A stretch of DNA of 64,000 nt, taken from assembly GCF_006345805.1 (NCBI RefSeq), contig NC_043005.1, positions 64,170,001 to 64,234,000 of the forward strand, written 5' to 3'. The position numbers were made by a program, and so were the translations under genes. The notes beneath the pieces are model-generated. The model did no database searches and had not been told where the DNA came from. It worked only from the letters and a program-made list of their open reading frames with translations. Positions 40,150 through 54,200 of this stretch are shown here, piece after piece; within the stretch, counting starts at the first letter, position 1; each line of letters starts with the position of its first letter. The DNA is from Octopus sinensis (lineage: Eukaryota).

Positions 40150-41463
40150 TAGTCATCCATAGTCTGTTATTTCGGAATAATATTCCTCCTTCAGATATTC
40201 TTAGATGGAATCGCTGCTATAATCGGTTTTCCAACTTCTTTTCTTTTTCTTTTTATTATTTTTTTTTTTTGTTTTTGAAGCGTCTTAGCAGTGGTCTTCC
40301 AGAATTCCTCATAAGAAGTGCGTGATGTCGACCATATCTCAATCTCGTGCTGGTACATCCGTAGCGCTGCTTCTAAGTTATGTATTATACGTGCAGCTTC
40401 TATTTTTCCCTTCTATTTTTCTTTTCTCTTTTTTTTTTTGTTATAAACTACAGATGAGCATATTATCAAAAATGAACCTACACGCATCCAGATGTAGCTA
40501 AATAATATATTGATTACCAAACTCCAGCCTGTTGTTGATTTGGGGCCCTAGTTTGTGTATGAGTATAGCTTCCTTAATTCTTAGATTACCCAAATTTATT
40601 TCATTAGCCTCAATTGTGACTGTTATTCTTTTGTTGGTGTTCCGGCATCTGTCTAGATGTTTTCTGAAGGAGGAGGCTCTCGTGTTCAGATGTTCTTTGA
40701 TGCGGACGTGTGACGGTCTTGTTGTGCTACCCACATAGAACTTGTTGCATTTGTTACATTGTATTCTATACACAACATTTACCCGTTGGCATAAATCTAC
40801 GTCACGAATGGGACAGTTTGTTAGTGTGCATTGATTGTTGTCCCTTGTTCGTTTCTTTGTGAGGTGTCTTCTCAGAGAGGGGCTGGGGTGGGCTAGTTGT
40901 ATGTCTAGCCCTTCTCTTCTTATGGCTTTTCGGATGGATGTAGTTATCCTCTCGCTAAAATGGGGTATTTTAATGAAGCATGTGTTGCTGGGTTTTTTAT
41001 GTGTTCGGTGTGTTGCCCGTCTTGGGTACTTTAGCCGATTTACAATGGATCTAGGAAGCATTTTGTGTAGGTCACTTTGTCCTCCGTTCTGCTGCACTTG
41101 CCCTGGATGCGTGCAAGTTCATTTCTGACGTATCCTATTTTGGTACCGAGTGAAAGTGCTGAATTGTATTGGACAAATATATCTCTACTGGCTGCTTTCC
41201 TGTGGAACTCGGTGTGGATCTCCCCTTCTTCCGTTATATTCAGTTTGAAGTCAAGTAGTGATAGCGATTCAGTGATGTCGGGATGTTCTGTAGTGAACTT
41301 TATGTTCATGTCCATGTTATTGAACGTCGTGAATATTCTGTCAACCTCTTCACGGGAGGATGTGAGTATGAGGATGTCATCTATGTACCTGATGAAGAAG
41401 GCGCAAAAGCGGCAGATGTTGAGTGCTCGACGTTCTAGATGGTTCATATAAGTGATTGCTAGT
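40150..41463 (-). mobile_element. 5'-truncated Penelope-like element (RT C-terminus, GIY-YIG endonuclease, 3' pLTR region)
   Basis: ORF 41040..41447: FIRYIDDILIL and SLSLLDF. ORF 40498..41097: Cys-rich linker CTLTNCPIRDVDLC, VVYRIQCNKCNKFYVGSTTR..RIKEH and KEAILIHKLGPQIN. One frameshift between them. Confidence 0.92.
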
Positions 41464-41487
41464 AGGCCCGAAAGACTGGATTACATT

Positions 41488-41572
41488 GGGGATTGATCCT
41501 CAAGATTGACGGAACTACAAACACCAGAATTACAGACTTATAACTTGTACATACAATATACAAAGCATTATA
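41488..41572 (+). mobile_element. R4/Dong-like RT fragment, duplicate of 43361-43446
   Basis: gggattgatcctcaagattgacg...catacaatatacaaagcattata; encodes NYRLITC (NYRPITC-like). Confidence 0.55.
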
Positions 41573-42511
41573 CGTTCTAAGTGCCCTACCAGATAAAGAA
41601 ATGATCGAAAGATGGCAACAGGAAGCCACCTTTGCACTCTCCCATTTAAATTCAATGACTAACACTGTATGTCAACAAATTTGACAATCGTTATTTCTCT
41701 ATTTTATAAAGGAGAAAGATGACGGAGCATATGATTATATACTGTTTTCAACTGGGGTTTGACAGGGGAAAGAACTCATAGAAACGTATATTCTAATACG
41801 GGTGTAACCATGTAAATTTGAATTAAGTGGGGAGTCGAATATTACAATTTCAATCATTATAAAAGTGTAGATTCGTCACGTAAAGGATATTGATTTATTC
41901 GTGCGATCTGGAATAGGGGAAGTAGCGGTTAAGGAAGTGGAACGGGTGTATGTGTTAGATGGATCTAGCTATCTGCGGGTATGCAGATAGCTAGCTCAAA
42001 TAGACAGAGACCATTAGAGTAACGCGAGATAAAATTGAGAGAAAACTGTTCGTGTCATAATTTATAGCTGTTGCGTGTTGTTTAGAAAATATTTTCATGC
42101 TTGTAGCGTGTGGGTATAGAAATACTTGCCGATAATCTCTGCTCAAACTTAAATCGCTTGTCAGGCTTAGTCTCCACGAAGTGTATCGAAAGTAATTTTG
42201 CCAGACAGAGCTAATCTTTCTTCACACTATTAGTTATCTCTTGTGTACGACTATTAAGAGAAGTGAAACGGCTGATCAGACAATTCAGCTACTATTGCAG
42301 CCTAGACATTGCCCACCTCCACAACACTCCACGACGCTAATTTTATTTGATACATAGCATAATATGATTTTTTTTATTTTTCTACACTGTATGAATAGAA
42401 ACTCTCATCTTATACCACCAATTTTATTTAAAATTACTTCTTATATCTCCTTTTAAGTTATTAATTGTTTATATGATCAATAATATTTAAGTTTATTTAC
42501 AGATATATTAT

Positions 42512-42890
42512 TCTTTATCCCCGTCTGTCTTGATAGACAATGGGTTGCGCCAAGGGTGGGACCTACTTTGATGATGTGCAGCGTCTGCTGTGACTGAACA
42601 GTCCAATTCTAGAGTGGCAGTCCTTGGTACAGTTGCTGCACACGAACATCGATGGGTACGTGTGGGGTGTTGCTGCAGTTGTCCTCCTCCTGTCCCGCCT
42701 GTCCAACCACAGCTGTGCTCTCTTCTCCTCAGCCATGGAAACGCCTTTCCTCACCGTCCGACGCCAGGCAGAGCGGTCAGCAGCTGTTTCCTCTCACGTG
42801 TCCACACAGATGTTGGCAGTCCTCAGGTCGCGCTTGCACACGTCCCTGTATCGTAGCCGTGGACGTCCCTTGGGTCGGGATCCCGTGGTG
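42512..42890 (-). mobile_element. 5'-truncated RTE-clade LINE 3' end with 11-bp TSD
   Basis: GSRPKGRPRLRYRDVCKRDL...AADRSAWRRTV...FVCSNCTKDCHSRIGLFSHSRRC; TSD agatatattat at 42501 and 42891. Confidence 0.9.
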
Positions 42891-43189
42891 AGATATATTA
42901 TAACAATAATATAACATAATAAAACAAGAAGTGTCCAAATTCAAGAGCACCTAAAAACTAGTTGCCGTCTCTAAATCGCAACAAATTCATCGTTATAAAA
43001 TACATTTCTTGAGAGATTAACAAGTCCATTTTCAACTCAAAGTGGCTCTACTAAAAAGTAAATAAAATAAAACAGAAAGTGCGTCCGCCTAACCAGCAAA
43101 TAGGCGGTCGATATTTAGAATTAGTTAAGGGAAAATGCTGTGATATGATTATTTTCCAAACAATAAAAACAACAGAAAAATCGTAGAAA

Positions 43190-43445
43190 TCAATAAGACA
43201 CTAAGATGTTCCTCAGATATTCCAGAACGCAAACAACTGGAATGCACCCAGAAAGGACAATGTCACGAAGTTCTGATTAAAATATCTAATAATTGCCAAC
43301 GAAGTACTTTCAAATATTTGACAATTTACTGAAAAAAAAAACCTCGAACTGTCTACAGATGAGGGATTGATCCTCAAGATTGACGTAACAACAAACACCA
43401 GAAATACAGATCTATAAGTTCTGCATACAATATACAAAGCATTAT
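43190..43445 (+). mobile_element. Degraded R4/Dong-like LINE RT fragment
   Basis: NNWNAPRKDNVTKF*LKYL (NWKAPGPD..FWLK-like), followed by a YRSI/NYRPITC-like block; cut off by SINE B. Confidence 0.6.
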
Positions 43446-43812
43446 AAGGTGGCGAGCTGGCAGAAATGTTAGCACGCCGGGCGAAATGCGTAGCCGTATT
43501 TCGTCTGCCGTTACGTTCTGAGTTCAAATTCCGCTGAGGTCGACTTTGCCGTTCATCCTTTCGGGGTCGATAAATTAAGTACCAGTTACGCACTGGGGGT
43601 CGATGTAATCGACTTAATCCGTTTATCTGTCCTTGTTTGTCCTCTCTGTGTTTAGCCCCTTGTGGGTGGTAAAGAAATAGGTATTTCGTCTGCCGCTACG
43701 TTCTGAGTTCAAATTCCACCGAGGTCGATTTTGCCTTTCATCCTTTTGGAGTCGATAAATTAAGTACCAGTTGCCTACTGAGGTCGTGCCAATCGACTGG
43801 CACCCTCCCCAA
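43446..43812 (+). mobile_element. SINE B composite: young tailed unit plus headless older unit
   Basis: Unit 1 ends aaagaaatag (43680) and joins gtatttcgtctgcc; unit 2 ends in a different tail (aatcgactggcaccctcccc). Confidence 0.9.
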
Positions 43813-45112
43813 TAGATAACTGCGTATGTAAAGAAAAAAACATAATTTTACAGATCGAAATGAAAGAGTTAACATTTTAAAAAATCCCCAATAGCTAATT
43901 GATGAACTCTCTTTTTATCTCTACCTCTCTCTCTCTCTTTCAAACACACACACACACATACACACACACACACTATCTTTCTCCATTTAGTATCTTCCTG
44001 ATGCTACTATCTGTAGCCACCATATTAAAAGATTAATTACAGATAAACCTATTGTGAGATGATAGTCAAATATCTTTGTTTCGAAACGTCGCAAATGGAA
44101 ACGTTAGGAAATCTTCTTTCATACGTTGTACATATTCACTTGGGAGATAAGTTTGAACATGGATTGGAAAAAGGCGTCCAAGCAACCTCCGATAGAGGAA
44201 AAGTGATAAACACCAATATCACATTAGATAAGAAATAACGTTTATGTAATTAGATTAAAGGCAGACAAATACTTCGCAAACTAATGAATTAGATAATTTA
44301 CAAAACACACAAAATAAATAAATATTCAGAAGGAATTTGTGGACACATTAGATCAATACTAAAATTAAGGTAATATGTATCAATGCTCTTATGGCTCTAG
44401 TAATAACTAATCAGAGATAAAATTCTCAATGGGAAGCCAAGTGAGAATAAACGAGACTAGATACATGAACAAAGAAAATAACTACTGAGAAATATCAATA
44501 ACCATGAAGACAGGGAGATAGGGATCTTCCATTAAGTAATAAACAGTTATAAAATATCTACAGAAGGACTATAAAAATAGATAGCAAAGAATATAATAGA
44601 AATGTCTACTTAACATGAACGAAACAATTCTGAGAAGCTGTTTGGTTTTTATAGATGTGGAAATGACAGTTGACGTTCAAATCATGTGATTGGGGGTCTA
44701 ATCCTAATGCAAGGTACCTTGAAAAGTGTCGTTTACCTTGGCTTGATGCCGACCATGCATAGGGTGAAACGATAGACGGACACTATGCAAAATGTGTGTG
44801 TGTATGTGAAACAGAATACACGTAAATGTTTTTCTGTGTGTGTGTACTGATTTATATTCTCATATTACAAGCTGAGAGAATTCCAATTTAAGGCAATACC
44901 TCGATACTTAAAGTTTCGTAGAAATATTTATTTAGATGATAGCTCAAACAAATCTTATTAATGCAATCTTCATAAATAAATATAGATGAATATGGATGAA
45001 TAAAGATAAATATATCCATACATGAGCGTGTATGTGTGTGTATATGTGTGTGTGAACGAGTGAGTATGAGGGTGAGTGTCCTCGCGGTTTGTGCGCTTGT
45101 TCACGACCATAA

Positions 45113-45603
<491 letters not shown>

Positions 45604-46121
45604 CTGGTTTTATTCCTTGAACTGGCGGTACGTTTTATCCTTGAGCGTGGCACATTGCTTCGCATGACTAGAGTTTACTGGCTGAAGATTAGTTATTACC
45701 TGGTGGCTATTGCAAATTTCTCTCCTTCCATGCGTCGCATCTTGGATGTTCTGCTGGATCAAAGGATAAGAGAGTTGAGAATGTGTCTGTCTTCTCACAG
45801 CTACAACGATGTCTAAAACAATTAACGAAAGCATGATATATGTTACTGAGTCAAACTCGTGCGCAGGTCACGGCTGGCTGTCTTTCAGACATATAGGTAA
45901 GAGAGGTAAAAGGATTTTATTGATACAAGAACATGATCGGTATCTTTTCATTGTCCCCAGTAAGATGTAAAATTTGAACTCAGAATGTAAAAAAGATTGA
46001 ACATTAATGCTGCAAGGAATTATCAACTGATGACTCTCTATTAAATGCATTCATAAAAATAACTTCCGTCATTAATATTTTCTTAATAATAATAATAATC
46101 ATTATTATTAGAAATTATTAT

Positions 46122-46320
46122 GAAGATGGTGAGCTGACAGAATCGTTTGCTGTGCATTTCTTCTCTTTATGTTCTGAGTTCAAATACCACCGGGATTGAT
46201 TTTGCCTGTCATCCTTTCGGGGTCGATAAAATAAGTACCAGTTGAGCACTGGGGTTCAATGTAATCGACTTAACCCCTGTCCTGAAACTGCTGGCCTTGT
46301 ACCAAAATTTGAAACCATGC
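46122..46320 (+). mobile_element. Older SINE B copy
   Basis: gttctgagttcaaat...catcctttcggggtcgataaaataagtaccagttgagcactgggg. Confidence 0.8.
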
Positions 46321-46505
46321 TTAGATTATCAAAATGAAGAATCCATGTAATTACACAGATATTAAACATTTGAAAATAGGTGGTAGATTGGCTGGATTGT
46401 ATGGGCGTTGGACTAAAATGCCTTACGGCATTTAATAACGATCATTTTATGCTTTGAATTTATATTCTGCTGGGGTCATCTTTGCGCTTTGATAAAATAA
46501 GCTAC

Positions 46506-46739
46506 CTATTTCTTTATAACCCACAAGGGGCTAAACACAGAGAGGACAAACAAGGACAGACAAACGGATTAAGTCGATTATATCGACTCCAGTGCGTAAC
46601 TGGTACTTATTTAATCGACCCCGAAAGGATGAAAGGCAAAGTCGACCTCGGCGGAATTTGAACTCAGAACGTAACGGTAGACGAAATACGGTTACGCATA
46701 TCGCCCGGCGTGCTAACGTTTCTGCCAACTCGCCGCCCT
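46506..46739 (-). mobile_element. Young full-length SINE B with 14-bp TSD
   Basis: TSD ataaaataagctac at 46492 and 46740; inserted into a degenerate plus-strand SINE B. Confidence 0.92.
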
Positions 46740-47384
46740 ATAAAATAAGCTACCAGTCAGATACGGTCATCGATATAACTGACTGCAACCCCTTCTAAAA
46801 TTTGGGTCCTAGTGACGGTATATGAAAATAAGAGAAAACATCTTGTACATTTGTTATATACAATTGTTATATACACTCTCTCTCCTTCTCTCACACACAC
46901 ACACTCTTTTCCCCTTCTCTAGCTTGTGATTTAAGGTCAAACTTTCCTCACTGCGAGCATAATCATATTTACAGAGCTTAAATCTGTTGATTCATAAAGT
47001 ACACAGCAGGATACGAGGAAAATTGCTTCAGTCTGCTCCGACAATTAGTGAGTATAAACAATTTAAAAGGGAAATAATTAAGTTTACCGTCACGAAAAAT
47101 GAATGTCTTAAAGTAAACCAATTTATTCCTGTTTTGTTCTACCGATTCATAGACGGCAGATATTTACTGTTCTTTTAACACGCAAACGTCAGGCCATTGA
47201 CTCTATTTACACATATCTACTTAACGTACCCATACTAAATTGATGAGTATATGTCTCGGCTATGATAAAGTTAAATAATGTGATTCTGATAATAACCATA
47301 GCTAACGAGCTTTCTGTTTATCATTATGTCCACCATACAACTTCTCTCAAGACAGCATTCATTACCACAGTGGAAAGAAGGGAA

Positions 47385-47716
47385 GATTCCCTTCGCACAT
47401 GAATGACCATGGGCTTGCATCTAGAAAGTTACCCTCCGAGGCACAAGTCCGGGCAAAGTTGTTTATGGAAGACCAGCAGTCCCCCATGAATACCAGCCTT
47501 CCCACTCCATGCTACCAATGTTATCCAAAGGAAAGGTAAAAGCCGATGTAGTTTGGCACCAGTGACGTTGCAACTCATTTCTACAGCTGAGTGAACTGGA
47601 GCAACGTGAAATAAAGTGATCTTGCTCAAGAACACAACACACACAGCCCAGTCCAGGAATCGAAGTCACTACCTCTTCATTGTGAGCCCAACGTTCTAAC
47701 CACTGAGCCACTGTGC
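47385..47716 (-). mobile_element. SINE family D, near full length
   Basis: Minus head gtggctcagtggttagaacgttgggctcacaatgaagaggtagtgacttcgattcc; core gttcttgagcaag. Confidence 0.85.
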
Positions 47717-47869
47717 ATTACCACAGTAGTTCACATTCATTTGAATCCATCTAAAACTTACTCCTTACTTGTATTTGCTAGCCCTCGGTAGGCTATGTGG
47801 TGGCTAGCTGTTTCTGATATAAGTACCAGACTAGAAATTTATAGGGAAAGGTACTTCACTGGTTGAAAG

Positions 47870-49095
47870 ACAGAGATGGCTTCAGTGGGATTCAAACTCG
47901 GAATATAAGGCACTAGAACAAATACTGCTCGTCATTTTTACGGAGCTCTAACGATTCAGCCAATTCACCGGCCTTATTCAGACTCAGGAATAGCAATTTT
48001 TAGACGATAACATTTAACAGATGTCATCGACCTCGTTACTTGACTGGTACTTTATTTTATCGACCCCGAAAAATGAAATGTAAAGTTAACCTCAGTGGCA
48101 TTTGAACACGAACAGTAAAGAGCCGAAACAAATAGCGGAAGACATTTTCCCGACGTTTTAACGAATCTGCCAATCCCCTGTCCGATCATCAAATATTATA
48201 ACACAGTAATATTAACCTTATCCGACAACAATAATCCTCCAATAAGGTATGGCGTGAAATATTTCAGACATTAACCTTCTGTATCAGACTAAATTTGAAT
48301 TGCGAATTGCAAGCAATGAGAATTTAATGAGTACATCAGTATAATCATTCAATCTACTAAAAATAAATAACAGTTAAATCTCTCTCAAATTCCAATTCAC
48401 TGTCTTCCAAAAAGGAGATAATATAGTGCGGGATATTTAGTACAGAAAAAAAAAGCCACTGGCTGATCACAGCTGACCTGGAGTTAAACAATGTCAATAA
48501 CATATTCTGATGTTCATCTATACGTTTTGTAATACTTTAGTCACATTTATAATGAATATTTATTGTCAATACTGAATAACTCTCATGACATTTTTTAAAA
48601 TAATTTTTTCATCATTTTTGACGCAAGACCAGCAATCTTCAGGGGAAGGACAAGTCGATTACATCGTCCCTAGTACTTCACTAGTACTTTGTTTTATCTG
48701 ATAAAAAGGTGAAAGGCAATGTTGGCCTTGGTGGGATTTGAAATCAGAACGTAAAGAGCCGGACTACTCGTAAATGCCGCTAACCATTTTATCCGATACG
48801 TTAATGATATTGCCATCCCACCGTCTTACATATTCTTCTGACTAACAGTTTTAAAGTTTGGCATAAGTCGATTACATCGATCCAAGAGCACAAGGATGAA
48901 AGGCAAAGTCAACTTCGGCTGAATTTGAACTCGGAACGTAAAGACGGATGAAATGTCGTTAAATATTTTGTTCGGCGTGCTCACGGTTCTGCTAACTGCA
49001 CCTTTCTATTTTTTAATAATCCTTTCAACTTGAAGGCATAATGCCTGAAATTTGTGGAGAGGGGGTCTAGTTGATTATATCGACCCCAGTGCTGG
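47870..49095 (-). mobile_element. Cluster of degenerate SINE B-related fragments
   Basis: Repeated gatgaaaggcaaagtc/ttgaactc/taacgattc blocks at ~47900, 48050, 48650 and 48870. Confidence 0.65.
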
Positions 49096-49135
49096 TCCTT
49101 ATTGAATATTAATACTCAGCCACTTCCACTATAAC

Positions 49136-49471
49136 CAGCACAAGATCCAATCCCTGCCGCGATGTGATAGTGACTTGCGTGCTTCAATGACCCGAGGAGC
49201 TATGTTGAGAAGATCAAAGGTTAAGGTCCAGACTAACCTCTAGCCAGAGATAAAAATTGCTTTGCTGTGGGGCAAGCACGTTTTTTTTTTAGAATAAAAG
49301 CAAAGCCACAGAAGCTTTGATGACAATACAAAAACCAACAAGACGTGGAAAAGAAAAGCCTTCCATCAAAGAAAGCAGGATACCAAAACAGGCTGAAAAA
49401 GCAGGGATCCAAATGGAAAGAAGCAGAAACTACAAACCAGAATGGAGCAAAGGACTGAAGAAGGAGACTTA
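49136..49471 (+). mobile_element. Short RTE-derived element (5'-UTR-like head plus 3'-like tail) with 9-bp direct repeat
   Basis: cttgcgtgcttcaatgacccgaggagctatgttg resembles RTE/Expander 5' UTRs; ends gactgaagaagg; cactataac at 49127 and 49472. Confidence 0.45.
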
Positions 49472-49950
49472 CACTATAACTCAATGAGTAGGCAGCTCAC
49501 TTGTTCGACCAACTACAAAACTCCTCTTCGAAACCGGTGCAGATCCATATATCTTGCTTTACCAAACTTACAAGTCGAAACTCCTTTCGGTGTTGAAACA
49601 CTATGATTAAACTTTACGGATATTTAAAATTGCTCTTATGTGAACAACTGCATAACAATGTCTTCTTTTTTCTATCTACACTTTAGATTTAGTAGGCAAT
49701 GAATTCAGACGATGTCTTGGAATTGCTGTGTCTAAAACAGCATTTGGTTTGATAAACGGAAAATAAATTTGCCGCGAATATTGGATTGCTCAGTGAGAAA
49801 CTAGATAAATTGACAAATAGACAAGCTGTAACCAGTTAATGGGAGCTTTTTTTATGGTGAATTCGCTCCTACACAAAGACAAAGAGTATTCAATAATCTT
49901 AGTACAATAATTTCAGATGCTAGAGTTCGATCCCAGACAAGGGCTGTGTG

Positions 49951-50378
49951 TACAGGGTGTTTGAGCTAAATTTGACAGTTGGCTTAAAAGGAAAAAAAAA
50001 ACACAATATTCCATTCAAAAATGGAAGTATTTTACAAAATCAAAAATATCAATTAGATTATGGCTTCTTGGATTTAACAGTTTACTCGAAGTAGTTGCTC
50101 TCAGCTTCTATCACAGCCTCAAGACAGCTCTCAAACCTGGCGCATGCTTCCTCATTGTGTCTGTGGGAAGAACTTCCTACACCTCTGATTTTGGTCACCA
50201 GTTCGGCCTTGCTGTTAGAAGTAGAGCAGCTGGTGTATTTATCAACCGCACCTCACACATAGTAATCCATGGGATTACAATTGGAGTAATTAGGATGCCA
50301 GAAATTGTAGGTGGTCAAGTTGTAGAAATACTCCAACAACCACTTCTGACACTTTCCGGTGGTATGGATAGATGGCGT

Positions 50379-50379
<1 letters not shown>
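49951..50379 (-). mobile_element. Tc1/mariner-superfamily (DD37D/maT-like) transposon 3' relic
   Basis: TA-CAGGGTG terminus; minus frame HTTGKCQKWLLEYF...NFWHPNYSNCNPMDYYV*G...ACARFESCLEAVIEAESNYFE (WPPxSPDLNPxDY-like). Confidence 0.8.
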
Positions 50380-50910
<531 letters not shown>

Positions 50911-51207
50911 CTTTCTTTTATTAGCCAGACAGGGCTGAATACAGAGGGGACAAATACAAATGCAGAGCTTTTCTTTTCGAGGGTGGAAAAAAAGAAAATA
51001 AATGTAAGATTGCGATCAAAAGGGATCGAGAGGAGGGAAAAAAAGAAAATAAATCGTGTATCACAGAAATAATGATAAAAACATTGATAAAACAATATTG
51101 GGTTCATCCGTGGGAAGAAAAGCCTACAGAAAAGACCACGGGAACCTCAGTCAGGGAGGAAATAACCACATGAGATCAAAATGCTCTCTTTATTTCTTTT
51201 TTACGAT

Positions 51208-54200
51208 CTACAGGATCATGCTCAAAATGGTTTCGTCACTAGCACGCACCATCTTTGCAACATTCACCCATCTTTTTTTTAATCTTTCGCGAGACAAAAC
51301 GTCCCTCTCCATTCTCACCTTCCTTTTCAAGTGGTACTTGAAAAAGTTGATGAGCGATTGGCCAGAGAGGTAAGTGTTTGTCTCTAATCCTTTCGCTCGG
51401 GTCCACCACACACATTCTTTCACCATGGCCACCAGTACGATGAAAACTGCCTTGCCTTCCCGGTTGAGGGAAGGGGGCGGAGCAATTCCCACGATAGACT
51501 CGGCCGATAGGCGGATTCGTCCCACACGTGACAGCAGCCGTTCGGCATAAGCCCACAGGTCTGAAATGGTTGGACATTGCACGAGTGCGTGCAGAACGGT
51601 TTCGTCGCTCTGACCGCATCTCGGGCAAGTCGGTCCAGTCTGTCTGGAACCGTGTCTGTAGAGCTTATCCCGAACAGGTAATGCTTCTCGATAGCACTGC
51701 CAGGCCAGGGATCTTTGGTGGTTGTTCATAGGTCCCGGCCCGAAAGTTGTCCTGAACAGGCGGGTCAGGTGTTCCTCGTCGACGCCCAGACTCTGCCCGA
51801 GTTCGTCGTCGCACCTCCCCTCCACTAATCCTCTATAGAATGCCTTTGTTGTGATGGAGTCGCACAAGTTCGATCCCGGACGGCAGAGTTGCTTGAGAGC
51901 AACGTGACACTCGCGGTGCCATTCGCCTAGCCTCGGGCTCTGCTTGATCCATGACTGTAGTTCGTCCAAGGAGACGAGCTGCGGGAAAGCGCGCCGCACA
52001 AAAAGCGACCACACCTGTTCACCGTTGTCTATGAAGCGCCGGAGATGTCGCAGTCTCAGCGCATGTCTGCGCATCATCAACCACGGCATTCCCAGCCCTC
52101 CATTTAGCGGGTGTTGACAGCAAATTGATCGCCTAACCATCGGAACGTTTCCCTTCCACAAGAAGCGGAAGAGTATACGTTCCAGTTTGGTGATGGTAGG
52201 GTCGGGATAAGGCACGACAGTCAGACGATACTCGATGACGGATGCGATGTACGCGTTCGCCACCTCCGCCCGACCTTTTAGGGATAGCTTTCTCTCAGCC
52301 CATTTCTGGGTGAGAGTAGCCACCCTAGTCGTTATCTCGCCCCAGTTCTTCTCCATTTGGAGGTCCGGACCGAACCAGACCCTGAGCAATTTAACCGGTC
52401 CGTCCGTCCAGCGTCCCACGATGGAGACGCTGTTGGACGGCATGGGCCTGCTTCTCCAGGTGCCGAGCCGCAAGCCCACTGACTTTTCCCGGTTAATTTT
52501 TGCTCCCGTTACCGCTTCGTATTCTTTTAGTGTCTCGCCGACCAGCTCGATGTGCTCGTAGCTCGACACTATGACGGTGACGTCATCCGCGTATGCAGAC
52601 ACGCTCCTCCCGCATCTCAACTCTCGTGGGATGCCCCTCAGCGTCGCCAGTTTCCGCAGTAGTGGCTCAAGAGTCAATACATACAGCAGCGATGAGAGGG
52701 AGCATCCCTGACGAACCGAACGCATGATGTTAAAAGGTATGGATAGATGACCATTTACGCGAACTACTGAGCGGATGCCGCTGTATAAGGCAGCGATCCA
52801 ACCGCGGAAAACTGGACCGAAACCAGCCGCTTTAAGGACAGCCTCCAAGTAGTGATGGTCTACCCTATCGAAGGCTTTTGATTGATCCAAATTGATCAGC
52901 GCCCCACCCATGCCAGGATTCTTAACTACCCTGTCTATTATGTAGCGCATCAGATGGAGGTTGTCATGAATACTTCTACCCGGCACGGCGCATGTTTGCG
53001 CCTTGTCGATTAGTTTCTTGATGACAAGCGCCAACCTCTCGGCTAACACCTTGGCCAAAATTTTCAAATCTGCGTTGAGCAGAGTGATGGGCCTGAAATT
53101 ATCTATGACGTCCCCCTTGTTTGGGTCTTTCTTAATCAGTGCCACTGCTCCTCGCTTTACAAAAGCAGGAATACTCCCGTTTTGCTGCCAGTTGCAGTAG
53201 ACAGCTGCCAAGACGCCTCCAAACAGTCTGGCATATGAAAATAAAGTTCGTAGGGCAGACCATCCAAGCCTGGTGACTTGTCTCTCGCGCAGCCTACCAT
53301 CGCATCCTGTACGTCCGCAGCTGTGATAGGCCTTTCACAAGACTCCACCTCTCTTGCTGAGAGTCGTGGCAAGGCATGCAGGTAGGCACTAAAGTCCACC
53401 CTGCGTTCTGACCCACCACTTGTCCCAAACAGTTGGGTGAAGTGTTGTTGAAAAGCCCACACATCCTTTTAGGCTCGAGCAATTCGCGCCCCTGTTCATC
53501 TATAAGAGACTTGATGGTGGCTCTGTTGCCTCGTTGCGTCTCCACCACTCTGGCCTCTTGGGCGGCTCCAACTCCTTCGTTCCTCAGAGCACGCATCCTA
53601 GCTCTGACAACGCATCCCTCGTGTTTGGCGTTGAGGTGTTGGTCGAGGGCCAATCTCGCCGCCAGCACGTTGGACGCGATGCCAGTTCTAAGTGCCTCTT
53701 CTAAAACCTTAACTAATTCTCCCTCTATCCTATTTCGGTCTAATGCTAGGGCTTTACTGTATCTGACTGATTCTGCTTTAATTGCTTTTTTTAGGGCATA
53801 CCACCATCTGTTGTTGATGATGGTACCCGTCAAAGCTCTCTTAACTAATGTGCTGATCCGGTCCCTGTAACCTGTCGTGCTGTAAAAGACGCGTTCATTT
53901 TCCAGTAACCAGGACCCTGCCTATGTGTCTTATCTAAGTCAAGTGTACAAGTCACAAACTTGTGATCTGTGTAACTGACTATATGAAATTGTGGACAACC
54001 TACACTACTTTTATCTATTGTCCTACAGAATACTCTATCTAAGTATGATCTGGACGACCCGATGCGGTTACTCCATGTCCACATTGGCACATTCGGGTGG
54101 TCCAGTCGGTACCTGTCAGACAGTTGGAAACGTCTGAGCAGGTCTTTGAGGCATTTGCATCCCCTTCTATTGCTATCTCTGCCCACGTAGTCTAGATGCG

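Noticed and set aside
51239-53870. Antisense and alternative-frame ORFs over ORF2
   Set aside because: Shadow ORFs of GC-richer coding sequence.
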